Shown here: piece by piece, positions 45,601 to 59,062 of the stretch
Layout of the letters: each line of letters opens with the position of its first letter
How positions within the stretch are numbered: position 1 is the first letter of the stretch
NCBI GenBank assembly: GCA_040954595.2
Contig: CM082586.2
Coordinates: 4,347,125-4,411,124 of the forward strand
DNA: 64,000 bases
Direction: 5' to 3'
Source of the DNA: Balanoglossus misakiensis
Lineage: Eukaryota > Animalia > Hemichordata
Notes under the pieces: generated by a model
Databases searched by the model: none
Told to the model about the DNA's origin: nothing
What the model saw: the letters and a program-made list of their open reading frames with translations, nothing else
Translations under genes and position numbers: made by a program

Positions 45601-48600
45601 GATTGACGTCATCTCTTCGATCAGGCGTATAAACAGAGATGTCTGAAAGTGGATGAGAAAGAGATAAGACGGGAAAGAGACAGACAGACAGACAGACAGA
45701 GAAAGAAAGAAAGATTGATTGATTATTAGGAGTTTGTGTAGGATCACATCTTCAAAGCTGTCCCCCATCTATGTTGATCTCAACTGCAGATGCCGTTGTG
45801 TGGAGAGGTTGTTTTGAAATTACTGGTTTAGAAAACATCGTATTGTATTATTCAATGTCACAAACAATATCACATAATTATTGTGTAATCTACATGAAAT
45901 TTCCGATCATACAATTTTTCCCTACATATTTAGCGAGTACATTATAATCACAATCATACTCGCACGTGTGCTTCTGGTCAAGTGGATATTTTTGACATGG
46001 TAGTTTTACACTCAGTTTTTTTTTTCATTTGTCTGGGATGTGAGATATTCTTCCGATGGCAACCCTACCTTCAAAGTCGAGTCTCGTGATTGTGTCGTCG
46101 AAGTCAATGATTCGTGAGTTGACCGACACCTCCATGTTTCGTCTTTCGCTGATGGTTATTTGGACAGTGTCTGATCCGCCCTCTTTCACCACGATGGAGG
46201 TCAGGTGAGTCGCTTGCTGATATTCGCCTGTGGAAGACGCGCTCATTAGTTTCCATGGTGACAAAAGGGTTATTAGCTAATCACCTAGGGAGTCGCCATC
46301 ACGCCCTCCCAGGCAGACATGGTTGTGTTCCAACACTCTGTATGCTTTGGGAGAGATGTATCGTTTGAATACATTACATGTACAACTTAGGCCAAAAGAC
46401 AAAAACGCTAATGAACTATACGTTTCGATGCTTCTTACCGTAGATGTCCAACAGCTGCTCAAATCGACCCTGTATCTCAAAGGTTGGCTCGCGGTTGTTT
46501 TTGAGCAGTATGTACTCGCCCTTGCCGTTGAAGCTGTACTCAACATTATCGAATGTCACAAAGTGAGGGTCTCCATACACGACAGCTGAGCGAGAGAAGA
46601 GATGAACATGTTAGTTGTAGAGTTTGAGGCTTTTTGAACGAGAGAAACTTTGTCCCTTCACACGGGGACCGGCAGTGCGGTTTTCGGTCCGCATGCGCAT
46701 GTCTTACCGGGTCTTGGTACTTCGTATTCCCAGCAATCGGCAGTGGGTCGCACTCGCTGGTAGTACCCGCAGTTGTCAGACCAGATGCAGCAGTCGTAAT
46801 AGTACAGCCAATCCGCCTTGTAGAAGGAGAGAACCGGCACACGGCCCGCCTGGTTGTACGGCCTATCTCCCCACACGTGCGACTCGGACGAATAGCCTCC
46901 GGCTGGGTCGTCCCCGGCGTAGATCAAATGCTCTTCCCAGTCGTAACAGCACTGGGTGCCCGAACCACGGGAACTGGCAAAATAACAAGACCAATATTGT
47001 GTTATCGTGCTGATTTTCTCGACACACGCATCAAGACAGGCAAAAGAGTTATACCAAGTTACTTTGTGTTGGTTAAAAAGTCGACTGGACTCTTTACACT
47101 CCCTTAGCTCACTTAAAAGTCTTTTTACACCACGCGCCCTCTGTAATATAGGGCCTGCGTGACCTCCCTGGCCACGCGAGATCTCGCGGGGTCTCGTGAA
47201 GTTCGGAAAATGGTCTACTTGCATGAGAACTTACTTTGGGTAGATACTGAACACACAGTGACTGGCCCCCTTGTGGTAGGTACACTTGGTGTCTTGCCTA
47301 TTCATGTTGCAGTCTGGGTCGGGCTCGTATCGTCCAAAATCGGCCATGGCCATGGTCAAGTTGCACGGACAGAAGTACAAGTCCTGGCGGAAGTCGGTAT
47401 TCTGCACCTGAACATCATAATAGTTCAGGCAGTGGTCGGTCGAGTAACTGCGAGGGTCCATTTGGAATTCTTCCTCCAGTGCGTACCCGAGGGTGTGGAC
47501 ATCACTCCAAATAGCGCGACCAGTTCTGGATCATACAAATGATTTTTTTTTAAAAGATAAGTAAAACCAAGCTGTGGATACAAACTGTTGAAATGTGTCT
47601 GTACAGTCAAACCTTTGTCAGTGGCCACCTCTATATAGTGGCCAATTTTTTTTCACAATTATATGATGTTTTTCAGAAATATTCTTACGTGTCACCATAA
47701 GGCCTGACTCGGATGGCGCCGACGGCGAAGTCGTGGTTGGCGCTGTACACTGCCTCTGAAATGAACGTCGCACGGCCGTCGTTTTCGTCCCTGGTTATAA
47801 CGTTGTCCAGTACCTCCCAGGTGGGATAGTTCAGGTCCTCGCGGTAAACCATGATGTCCACGTTGACGTGAGTAGCCACGAATTCGTTCTGGTCCCAGGT
47901 GACCGTCAGCTCGTTCCCCGCCCTGTTCCATTTCTGTTCGTACGGGTCGACACGGCTTACTTTTGGTTTCGTCTTGCCGAGCATTGGGGGTTCTACAGAA
48001 CGAAAAAAACATGAACAATGGGACAAAGTTGAACGTCGAATTCTGTGTGGAATTTAAAAAGAACGGAACATTTGGGCAGAGATGTCAGAAATACTGGCAA
48101 CATATCATCTCTGAAAACTTTTACTGCAGCGAATTGTCGACCTTATTACCCACAATGCAATCATCATAATGACATCATCCCCAGCATAAACTAACTCACC
48201 AGTGAGGTCGTCAAACCAGCATACCTCCACGCATGGACCCAGTGTTATGGTCCTTTGAAAACTCGGGGTCTACCTAACTATCTCACTTACCGATAATCCA
48301 GCGTCCATTGTAGGGATAGGTGAGACCACCATCAAAGGACAGATCGACTCTGACGTCACCAATCTCGTAAAATGGCGGAGTGGTACAGTTGAGTTCCATC
48401 ACACTGTTGTAGGTGCAGTTGAATTCTTGTATGCCAACCCTCACGAAGTAATTCCTGTTTTTGTCCCAACAGGAACCCCCGACCATCATTTGGTCGCCAC
48501 CAAGAAGATTACCCCAGCGAGGATAGAATGACAAACGACCTGTTTTGTAGAAGAAAATCGTGAGAAAAAACAACCATTTACTGTGCTGTCTACGTCATAA

Positions 48601-50549
48601 CATGATGTGTTTCAATTCTGCAAGATTTAATGTTTTTATTCTGTGTATAAAAGTCTAAAAACCAGGCTGCTTCATGCATGTGTTGGGCCGATGGGGGGTT
48701 TGGCTTGAAGCTGCCCACACAAAACTGTCGTGAGAATCGCCAATGTATTCCATTCCAAACTGTGTCAGCACGGACAGTAAGGAATGGACCGCAGGAACAG
48801 AGTACATGTTATCTGACTGATCTTGTCGTAGGTTGTTCTTCATCAACAACAACAATAACAACAACAACAGAAACAACAACACATCTATCCCCCGCTTGCC
48901 TCGCAACTGACAGACAAACAAGAACAACCAGACGGGCACTACTAGGCGGGGTATGCGCGCAAAACAACCAGATAATTACCACTTCCACTGCAACCGCCGC
49001 TCTCCATGTTGTAGCCGTCGATACGGTATGCAAATCGGCCAGGCTCTTCAACGTTGCTGCTGTATGGCAGATTGATGACGTCACTGGTTCGTGATCCTCC
49101 GTAGGTGTAGTATCGGAGGCCATCGCCGGCGTTGAAGCCAACCTGTGAGGACATAGACAGAAATGCTGTAAATGATTTCAGAATCTTGACATCTACAATT
49201 AAAGCGTGTGAGCACTACCAACTTTCACTATCGCATTGACATGTCCAAAACTTACTTGGGCGTCGTATCAACCTTCCTTTCAGCAACTGCTTGGGTAAAA
49301 AGACGGGGTCGCATACACGTGGACTTCCAAATTTAATACGGGGAAAAAACCAAATCACACGTGCACGGACGCCTGCGCACTCACCGCAAACGCTGGGTCA
49401 AAAAAACCGCAATGCGACAAAAGAAACTATGAATATGCATTGAATTCATGACACAAACAAACAAACAAACAAACAAACAATCCTCACTCACTCAATCAAT
49501 CAATGAAATCGTCAACCAACCAACCAACCAATCAGTCAGCCAGCCAGGTGGCTAGTAAGATAATCAACCAATCATTACCTGAGCTGCAGTACCACCCGTA
49601 CCAGTGTAGGGACTACCGCCACTTTCTGTTCCAGCGGTCCACTCGACACGTCTGTAACTTGTAATGACGAACGACTTCCTTTCGTCCGTTGTGAGCACGA
49701 CCTGGAATGTATTTCTCTGCAAGCGGGAAGATTAGGAGGGGAGGAGTTAGTACGCTCCAAGAAAACAGAAAAATCTTGCATTATACAGACAATTGGTTTT
49801 GTCTTATGCACACACTACTACATGTACATGTATATGATGAATTATTCTAATTAATAAAAGAATAAAGAAACTACAACTACATGTACTCACATTATCATCT
49901 TCGTTGTTGGTGTCAGTTCTGCCGTAAAAGCTGACCTCCTCCCAGGTGGCCACGTAACACCACAGCGCCGTGAAGTCCTTCTCGGTCAAGAAATATTTCC
50001 TGACGTCCTCGGTGGCTTGGTTCAAGATCGTCCTCTCCGTCGTCTGCCTGTAGAAGATCTTGCCCCGTCTGGTCGTGTCGACGTTGGCCCAGAACGGCGC
50101 AATCATGTAGTACTGGGTTGAATCCGGATCGGGCTGTAACATGCAATGATACAGTGAATATAAGAGCAGGTGCTAGCATATTTTGGCGTATACTATTACA
50201 GGTACGTCAAACGACGTTTTCAAAATTGCAAGTTGTTCAGGATTTTTTCACCATATTTACTACATATACTTTACCATAAAACAATTAAACTTTTGCACTA
50301 AGTCTGCCCTCTTATTGTGAGTGGTCTTAGGACGTTATATTATCTGAATGATAGCTATGGCTTTTTGGCGTTAATGCTCGTCGTATAGATATTTCCAAAG
50401 GTGGTGTATTTACGTACCTGTATTTCTCCGATTGGTAAGGCAGGCGCCCTCTCTTGATGGTAACTGAGCGCATTACCAAACGTTATGAGGCCATTTGTAT
50501 TTATCTGGAAATCAGATAAAACAAACAGTAAAGTGAGATCAGTATTTTC

Positions 50550-50588
<39 letters not shown>

Positions 50589-53500
50589 TCATGCATGCGC
50601 ATCACATCACCTCACCTCACATTGCATCACATCACAACACATCACAACACAACACCCATTTCCTCATATCACGTGACGTCACGGTGTTTTCAAGTTTAAA
50701 TATATATTTCAATCATACTCACAAAAATGTCCCAGTGTTTCTGTCCATAGAACACAAACCCTTTGTCTATTCGTCCAGCAGGCGATGCCAGATCGTCGCC
50801 AGAATCTAACGACGTATCTTTCTGAGTCGACCCATATGGATATAACTCAACCAAGTTGTCGGACGTTTGGTCTGATGGCAGGAAAAAATAAAAATACTCA
50901 TGGAATTAATTGACCCGCTTCAAAATGACAGCTTTCTCACGAATAAAGGAAACTGGGGCCGAGCGTGCGTGACAACCAAAGACCCCAAATTACTACCAGG
51001 CAAATATTGGATGAAAAGTGAGCCCAGTCGGACGGTGCATATCCGCATGACTCTGCTATGAGAGTGCCACCCCCGGTACAGTAGGAATGCTCACCCTCGC
51101 ATAGCTGAGTTCACGAAAAAATACTAACAGACCTAAAAGCAAACAAACCTATTTTCACCCTTCTGTTCACGCTTAATCTTTGACGATTTCGTGTTTGAGG
51201 ACAAGGGTGAAATTATCATAAATAAGTCAGGTTTTTTTTCATAAAAATAATTAAGTTATTCAGGATTTTTATTGGGCGTTTTAGTGGACCGTTCGTGATA
51301 TATCGAAATGTGAAAAAATATCTGAAATAGTCAAGGAGCTGACATTATGTCAACACGAGCTGGGTTGGGCTAAACGAGTTTGGTTAATGTTTAATCTATT
51401 CGGTTATTTATAAATCGACCTGACGATGTAACACTTTGGTACGGGGGTCAACACAATGGGGCATTTGTCAGTGAGAATGGAAATTTTACAAATAGCATAG
51501 CACTATTTTTCAGTAAGAAGTGAGAAATATCGTGTTCCGGTTCTATATTTAAATCCTTAAGGTATGCGAATATGTAAGACGTAAGACCCATTAGAATAAC
51601 TGTTTGAAGGTAAACGTTAACTTATATATAACTGGGAACGGTGTGGTCTTGCAGGGGGGGGGGGCAATTTCATGAATTGTGAAATCCGTAGTTTCTGTTT
51701 TTATCTACATTAAACTTACTTAATTCAAGACGAAATTTATCACAAGATGTGTAATTTCCATGATACTGATTCTTACGTTATAACCGAAACGCGATTTAAT
51801 TGCAGTTCAAACAAAGTAGTCATATTGTATTCGACAATTGTCATAATCTATTCTACACGTGCGAAACCCCTATCTGCTTACTCGTTCTATCTGAAACTCG
51901 CTGGCAACTTCCATTAATACCATGTGTTCCGAAACAAACGTGTAAGAAATTCATGTCAGAATAATTGCATCGATGTAGGCTTCAAAACCAGCGGGAAACT
52001 CGACAAACAAATGTCACAATCCTATCTCTACAGGAAGATGTTTCTTAATCTTAATTCATGCACGATAACAAATTCGCGGGATACATCACGAGGATTAATT
52101 TGGGACATTGGTGGAATTTTTAAGCTTCAATAAATGGCGGAAAGACGCCATCAAGAGCAGCAATGATTTCAAAATTTACTGATCAGGTTTATGTTGAACT
52201 TCTGTATTAGTTTAAACCGTTGAATTAATCCAATTCTAAAGACTAGATACAAATAAGTACATGTACAAAGACAACGTCGACACTGGCTTCCAGATTCCTT
52301 TCCTCAAGTCATGTAACAGAAGAGTTGTTAAACAAATATATGTCTAAGTCCAAGTACATTATGCAATCTGTATCGTGTTAAATTGTCCTACAGTTTTCGA
52401 TATATAATGTGAGTTTTGTAGAACGTGAAACACCGCGAAACATTAACGTGTATTTGCATAGATGCAACTCGTATGACATGCAGATCGACTGGCCCGACTT
52501 GTCGGTTGTTCGGCAGTCAATAAATCGATCTGTAAGATGACACATATTTCGAGGAGCAATCTTTTGTCGGAAAGCATGTCACCTGTTACAGTACAGCGAG
52601 ATTAATTTGACAGAATAATCAGGATCTGACTAATAAAAATCAACATCCTACGATAGCAGATCAAAACCGCTTCAACCCAGAAAGAGGGTGACGTCATTTG
52701 GCATGGCATGCCAGGGGTGGCGTGGGTGGGTGATTCTCAAAGCCCTGTCCAATTATTGCTCGCTGTCGAACAATTCGTCCTTCATTGTCATTCTCCGCGA
52801 TGGTGGAATTTCAACAAAACTTAGAAATGCTGCGTGTGAACTTGGAGAACAACGCGCACGTTCATTTGACCATGATCGACATAACATAAACTCATTTGTT
52901 TAAATTCCATCGATTATGTCAGTGTTCTTATAATCCTCAGTTTATGTTGTTCAGCATATTCAATATGATTTACATACATATAGATAAATATCTAATTATT
53001 TAGCATGATTTTGTCTCTCGCGGGGTACTCCCACACACACTTACATTACTCAGGTGGACAAATATTCCAAATATGTGATGTTATCAAGAATCAACAAAAC
53101 AATGTAAAACAAATACACATGTAACTGAAATTCTTCGTCAACAAACATCATAATATCTGGTCGTTATAGGTGTAAATCAAATTTAATTAAAACTAAACAA
53201 ATCATTTCTTCGTGTATTTTGAGGCTTCTAGATCTTTCGGTGGAATTAGCTTCGGTATACGAATGCGACTGTACCAGTGATTTCGCAATTTCTATAGGTT
53301 TAATAGCGCCTTCAGAGAACTTCGAAATCGTACTTATACCAACGCACAGATACAATGCGCTTCATGTTTTATAACTTGCAGCACGGTTTCAAACAAAGAT
53401 CATCAAGTGTGTACTAGTCCAAAATGGCGGCCACTCAAAACGAGGCCCTTCTACGTGATGACAAAGAACAACTATCTGTCGTCCTTGGTGATAAAAATAT

Positions 53501-54196
53501 GCACGCGCCTTAAATTTTATTTTCCAATCGTATTTCTCATTGTAGACGAATTTCAATTCCTCATAGTAATACTTCGAGTTAGTATATTTGGTAGGTGAGA
53601 TACAATTTTAGTTGTATCGAGTAATTAGAAAATATCGCTTAAGTCTACAATAGTACACCTGGTATTAATAATTATGTCCGCCATTTTGTTCTTGGAGAAG
53701 ACACAAGATATACCAAATGTACCGTTACACCGTGTGTTATAGTCAGATGATTAAAAATCTCTTTTCAATTATAAAAGTGCACAAACAACACTATTGTTTC
53801 ATATGCACACGTAGCGAACAACACGATAAAAAACACCACAAAAACCAAATTGACATGTTACTTCCAAGTAAAATGGCAATATTGCGCCATTTTATCATAA
53901 ATCATTAAAACTGGTTATTACAGAAAATATTTCTGCGCAAGCATCTGACAAGTTTGGAACAGAAGGATAAGTAAAGGAGGAATCGTTCTTGAAAGCTACT
54001 CATGATTTGACGACATTTTAGACAAGTTTCCTTGCGGGAGTAAGTCGGGCCAATGTGAATGTTTGTTCTATAAAATGGCGGTTTTAAAGTAGCCACATTT
54101 CAACGTTAACAGATTAAAACCCTACTTACCGTATTGTAAAGTAACGGTAGCTGAGAGAAGTAAAAGGAATGCGCGTATCCGAAGTTTTTGAATCAT
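42650..54196 (-). CDS. mesh: Mesh / SUSD2-like type I membrane protein (signal-NIDO-IPT-AMOP-VWD-Sushi-Sushi-TM)
   Basis: Twenty phase-consistent exons: 54196-54130, 50871-50723, 50504-50418, 50133-49891, 49716-49579, 49142-48980, 48539-48291, 47992-47689, 47525-47235, 46973-46708, 46585-46439, 46227-46069, 45642-45470, 45286-45148, 44868-44722, 44272-44162, 43947-43732, 43439-43278, 43071-42936 and 42761-42650. NIDO motifs (INTNGLITF, IAPFWANVD, NTFQVVLTTD, AQVGFNAGD), AMOP (GTQCCYD), VWD start YGDPHFVTFD, GLLGNWND, two CCP modules, a TM helix and an acidic tail ending KETTA. Confidence 0.9.
43650..43703 (+). mobile_element. Right end of the MITE-like family seen at 21466-21688
   Basis: caacggaagttcgaggatgtaaggtcatgcaggggtcatgaaaatg matches 21650-21695 and 3297-3340. 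Confidence 0.6.
45015..45081. repeat. Compound (ATC)n/(ACC)n microsatellite in a mesh intron
   Basis: atcatcatcatcagcaccaccaccacc... gives the poly-Thr spurious ORF. Confidence 0.9.
47602..47652 (+). mobile_element. Tc1/mariner(pogo)-like TIR fragment
   Basis: TA-cagtcaaacctttgtcagtggccacctctatatagtggcca: TA plus CAGT terminus with an internal repeated gtggcca. Single end only. Confidence 0.35.
49452..49546. repeat. Compound tetranucleotide microsatellite (CAAA/CACT/CAAT/CAAC/CAGC blocks)
   Basis: Successive short runs of related CANN units, directly visible. Confidence 0.85.
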
Positions 54197-56505
54197 TTCG
54201 CTGAGCTTTTTCCCGATGTAAAATTGGAAAAAAATGGCCCCAGCGGAATTCAAATTGTTAGGTGTCCTGGCTGGGAGACTGAAGTCTTGATGGTTGTTGA
54301 GATAACAGTAGGGCCAGAGAATGTTGCCAACGCGGGGGTGTTCGCTTCTGTGGCTGCGTGCCCGGGGAGAGGTTCTCTTTAGACTCGGTCGGCAGCAGAA
54401 CCACCTGTTGTTTTTCGACCCTTCTTTAAGCTTGATTAGACCCGAGCCGCACTTACAGTAACACTTTTCGTCGAAGCTGTGTGGAAATGTGTGCGATTCT
54501 TTTTTCCGGTGTCCGGTTGACGTCACTGCTAACTCCCGCTCCTGGGCTTGTCGAGTCTCAGCTATTTTCCCGCACCGCGCACCTAGAGAACTGAGGTCAC
54601 GTGACAACTGCCTCGGCTGTGTCACTCTGTAACCGACCAGCGATTGATATCGAACGCCAACACAGCTTTGTGGTCTGTTGGTGGACTTTGTATCACCCGC
54701 TTGTGTATTACACATACACACCGCGTGTGTGGTCGTGGATATGATGACACACGGAGAGGGGGCGAAAAAGATAGTAATTAGCACAATACAACATTTTTTT
54801 GTCATTCTTGTCTTATCAACACCAAATTTAGACTTATACCATTAATTGGTTATAGTTGATACGTTTAAGTATCATTTCCCGTCCAAATGTCTCACAGTGG
54901 ACATAAATCATATTCCTACAATAACAATACATTCTGTGTTGAACTTGATGTTCTGCAGTACAGTGGGTTGTACTTTAATATACATCGAAAAAAATCGTCA
55001 TTTCTGGTTTTGAAAGTGTGAACAAGAATTATCAGAAATTAGTGATAAAAAACACTATGGGGCTACCCACGCTATCTTCGACAAACAGTTCAAATGCTAA
55101 ACAATCCCTTTGTCAATTATTAATTTACAGCACCGCCGCCATTCGACCAGGCTGATATAGTACATGCCCAGGTATAATTGATTAGCTTTGCCGTTGATAA
55201 GACTTATATGGTCAACCATGTGAAATGTTCTATCACAATAATAATATATGTGCGAATTAGAAGTGTGGTAATTTAATTAGATTAGGTAAATCATCTCAAC
55301 CACACAAATCCCAGATAAATCTGCCGTCATATGTGCAAGTCATTTAAAGAAACTCAGGGCAGTCATGTAAGTTTATTCATCGTTTTTACCACTCCTGGCG
55401 TAGTAAACTGCAGCTTCCATAATTAGACGACGTCATAATTCACACCAAAACCATGCATACCGAAGCTATGATGTCATTACCAATCAGAACCTTCCGTGTC
55501 ATCCGGGGATGTAAACACGCATACACAAGTTAATCATTAAACTCAAATCAAACAACTCTTCATGGGTTTGTTGAACTCGCACAGTCGTATCATTGGCTAA
55601 TGCTATTAAAATCAGTCAGAAAGCGGGATACTGTTCACTGCGTTTGGGCAGGTAATTTTATGGATTCTTGCATCTTCACGCTTTAGAAAACTAAGGAGAT
55701 GTAACATTAGAGCTTGTCGATGTTTTCGGGGACATCGACAGCATACCAGCGTTTTCAAGGAGTAGGCGTCAGATATTGTTCAGTTATTCAACTTTGGGGT
55801 CACACACTGGTAGATCATTAATTGTAATTGATTACTCGTTCATACACGCTAAGCCTTCTTGCTATAGGTGTGCACGAGGTCCTTGGTGTGTGATCAGAAA
55901 TTATGAATAGAGTTCGAGTGACGTGTTTCTAGGATATACCAAAAGCAGAATTCCTTCGCGATATGCGCTTTTAAAATAATACATCCGTGGAAATAACTGT
56001 CACAGCAAAGACAGGCAGACAGTTAGACAGGCACACAGGCTGGCGGAGAGGTATGCGTCGACAGACAATCATGTAGGCCTAGGTAGAGACAGATAGACAG
56101 ACAGACAAACAGGCAGACATGATAGATAGATAGACTGTATATAGAATTTGCCCGTGCTGTCGTTGGAGGCGCTGCATGTGTGGAGAAAACAGCCAACAAA
56201 CAAATACGCGTCACTAGGATACACGACAACTATCAATGGTTGTCTGTTGTTGTTGTTTTTTGGCACATAATATAGGTTATCCCGGAACCGTTGAGTGTAC
56301 CGATTTCACGGAATATTCTCATACAAGTATTAAGATTTCGATTTGTTATTTGATCAGTGGCAGAAGTGATCAAGAGGTCGTTAAATTTGCGAAGGTCATA
56401 CAGGACCTCCGATGACTACAGCCCAAGCCACAGGCAACTGACACAAACTTCCGATACCCTGTAGTAGTTGTAGTCGTTGAACGTTCGTATATAGAAGTCA
56501 GCAAG

Positions 56506-58323
56506 ATGCCGAAAAAGGACGACGAGGTGAGTGACAGCAAAAAGGATTATGCAATATCGCCACTGACATCAGTATCTTTAAACTTTAAGATTGTGCTACT
56601 GTAGTACCAAATACAATGTATGGTGATTGTGGGAATGTAATGTACTAGCCTTGCGTACACAGGTCTGTGTGTTCCCGGCCTCCACGTAACGCCAGGAACT
56701 ATGGAGATATTATTAATACATGTACCTCGATGACGGGAACACACGGACCTGTACGCAGGGCTTGTAAACGTACATGTCATCCAACACCTGAGCTGCGGTT
56801 GTTTGTATCAACGTGTATAAACTGTAATTTTCCCAGATCCTGCACTAAGCAGTATATACAATGTATTTCTACCACAAATTTTGCTCAGTTTGGTTTGACT
56901 GTTCCACATGTACAGTACATTTTAAATGTACATTTTAGAATTCCATATTTTATACTGTATTATTCTTTGCATATTATCAGGAACCCATGGACAGCTCTGG
57001 CAAATTCAAACCAAAGAAATGGAAACAAGTTACACCAAAGGAACTCAGTAATATGTCACCCCAGGAAAGAAGTAAATACCTAGCAGTGAGTATAGTTTTT
57101 AGGGCATTCTTATTTAAGGCACGGACCGTGTTTAAAGGGAGACGATCGTCATATGCGCATGTGCGTAATTTTGGAGTGAAATAGCACGATACACATAATG
57201 TTGCTTGTCGGAGAGATCACATGTACTCGAACCTCATTTAACCACAGCGTTTGTTTTCCACCTACAAGTATGAAGACCCACCCAAGCATGTAGCCGAAGC
57301 CATGGCCAAAACAAAGACAAGACTGACAGAAAAGAAGAAAACGGACAAACAACAAACACAGCCGGTGCCCATTGAAGAGCAGTTGGACAAGGAAAAGCAT
57401 AGCCAGCTCATAGGACAGTTAAAGTGAGTTCATGTATTGTCATGAGGAAAAGTTCCATGTTAAGCCAATATGCACTGACTCAACAAACTCACTTGTGGAT
57501 CTCAAGAAATATTACTCCACACTTTGAGTAAAGTTATAACTCAGCTAACTCAGAGATTCTAAGATGTGTCATATTGAGTCAAAACTTTTGCAAGCTCATG
57601 CTTGTTACGAGGCATATATTTAATCATTATATTTTTTCTTTGCCAGGGCTGCGGAAGCACGTAACAGACTCCGAGTAATGAGACTGCGGTACCAAGCCAA
57701 TCGGGTCAGTAGACAGATTCATTTTACCTCCATATGCGCTCACCTGTTCCATCTCATTACTCTGCACATAGGTTCATCTTAACCAGGTGTAAACAAGATG
57801 TTATATTCAGATTGAAAAATTTAGAAGCAATAAACATTTATTTTAAATGCAAATTTTGTGCAAGGCCTTTATAAAACTCATTGTATTTTGTTGACAAGAA
57901 CACAATTGCTCATTGTTGTCCATTACCAACAAAGCAGTGAGATCCTCTATGAATTCATGTTGGGAATGGAAAATAAACAATGCAGTCACCTGTGATTTGT
58001 TTCAGGCTGAAGAAGTCAAACATCTGATTGCGTGTCAACCCACGTCATTGAAAGCTGTTAGGTTACAAGCACTGGTTCCTCCTTACCAAGACAATATTTC
58101 ATCAAGAGATGCCCTCGACTCCTTACAGGTAAGACTAAAGAGAGATCAAGCGTGCGTGGGATAGATTTGCCTTCCATTGTTGTATAAAATGTTCAAATCC
58201 TTTTCCACTGAATATAAATAATGAGATTTAAAATACTCTTCTTCCTTTCCACTACAGAGAGAAAGAGTCGAATCAATCCTGGAAGACGAAATGGGACTGA
58301 CTGTGAACAGAGATCTCTCATGA
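56506..58323 (+). CDS. LKAAEAR1: LKAAEAR motif-containing protein 1
   Basis: Exons 56506-56526, 56981-57085, 57269-57423, 57647-57704, 58006-58128 and 58258-58323. The spliced product contains MSPQERSKYLAYEDP...LIGQLKAAEARNRLRVMRLRYQANRAEEVKHLIACQPTSLKAVRLQALVPP; the eponymous LKAAEAR motif is formed across the 57423/57647 junction. AATAAA at ~58635. Confidence 0.9.
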
Positions 58324-59062
58324 AAAGAATCAACACCATTTACAGTCTTATTGGAGAAGAATAGGAACACTTTCCACAGTTTGCTAAAATGATTGAGGTT
58401 TCAGTGAAACTAAAGAATCATGATATTTAAATACATTAGGAGGGGAAATTATAAGATTTACATTTATAAAGTATAGTTTGAGATTGGTCAATAATCCAAC
58501 AGAAACAGTTCTATTAAAACAATATTTGCTAACAACATTGTTGGTTGTTTATTGTATTACGGTCCAAGGGATTGTGATTGTATGCTAATGTGTGTGTAAA
58601 TGGAATTTTCTGATATGTAAAGGGAAAAAAAATCAATAAAAAGTGAAACATTTTTTGTTAAGTTGTAGTTCAGTATGTAAAAATTCACCAGATTCTTGGC
58701 ATATTTTTTAAATAAATCAAAGTTTTCTGGGTAACAAAACTTTAGAAACTAAAATTATGTTCACGTCTGATTTTTTTGTTTTTGATGTTGAGTTCACCCC
58801 AGTACCCTCTACAGAAGTCCAACTTTACCATCACAAAGTGAAATATATTTGCCAATGCATAAGAATCGCCCATGTTATTTATTGACAAAAATAAACACAA
58901 ACATAATCTATTGATTCTCCAATGTAAGCAAACAATTTCACACCTAATAAGCAAAACAAACAAATAAACAATGCATTAGAAAGTGATATTTTGCAGTAAA
59001 CACTATTGTTTATAAAAGAAAGAGGTGTTGCAATTGAAAATTTGCCATATGTGTTTTTATAA

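Noticed and set aside
57115-57130. miR-124-like TAAGGCACG (and miR-10-like TACCCTGTAG at ~56455)
   Set aside because: Only the 5' part matches; no mature-sequence continuation or precursor hairpin.
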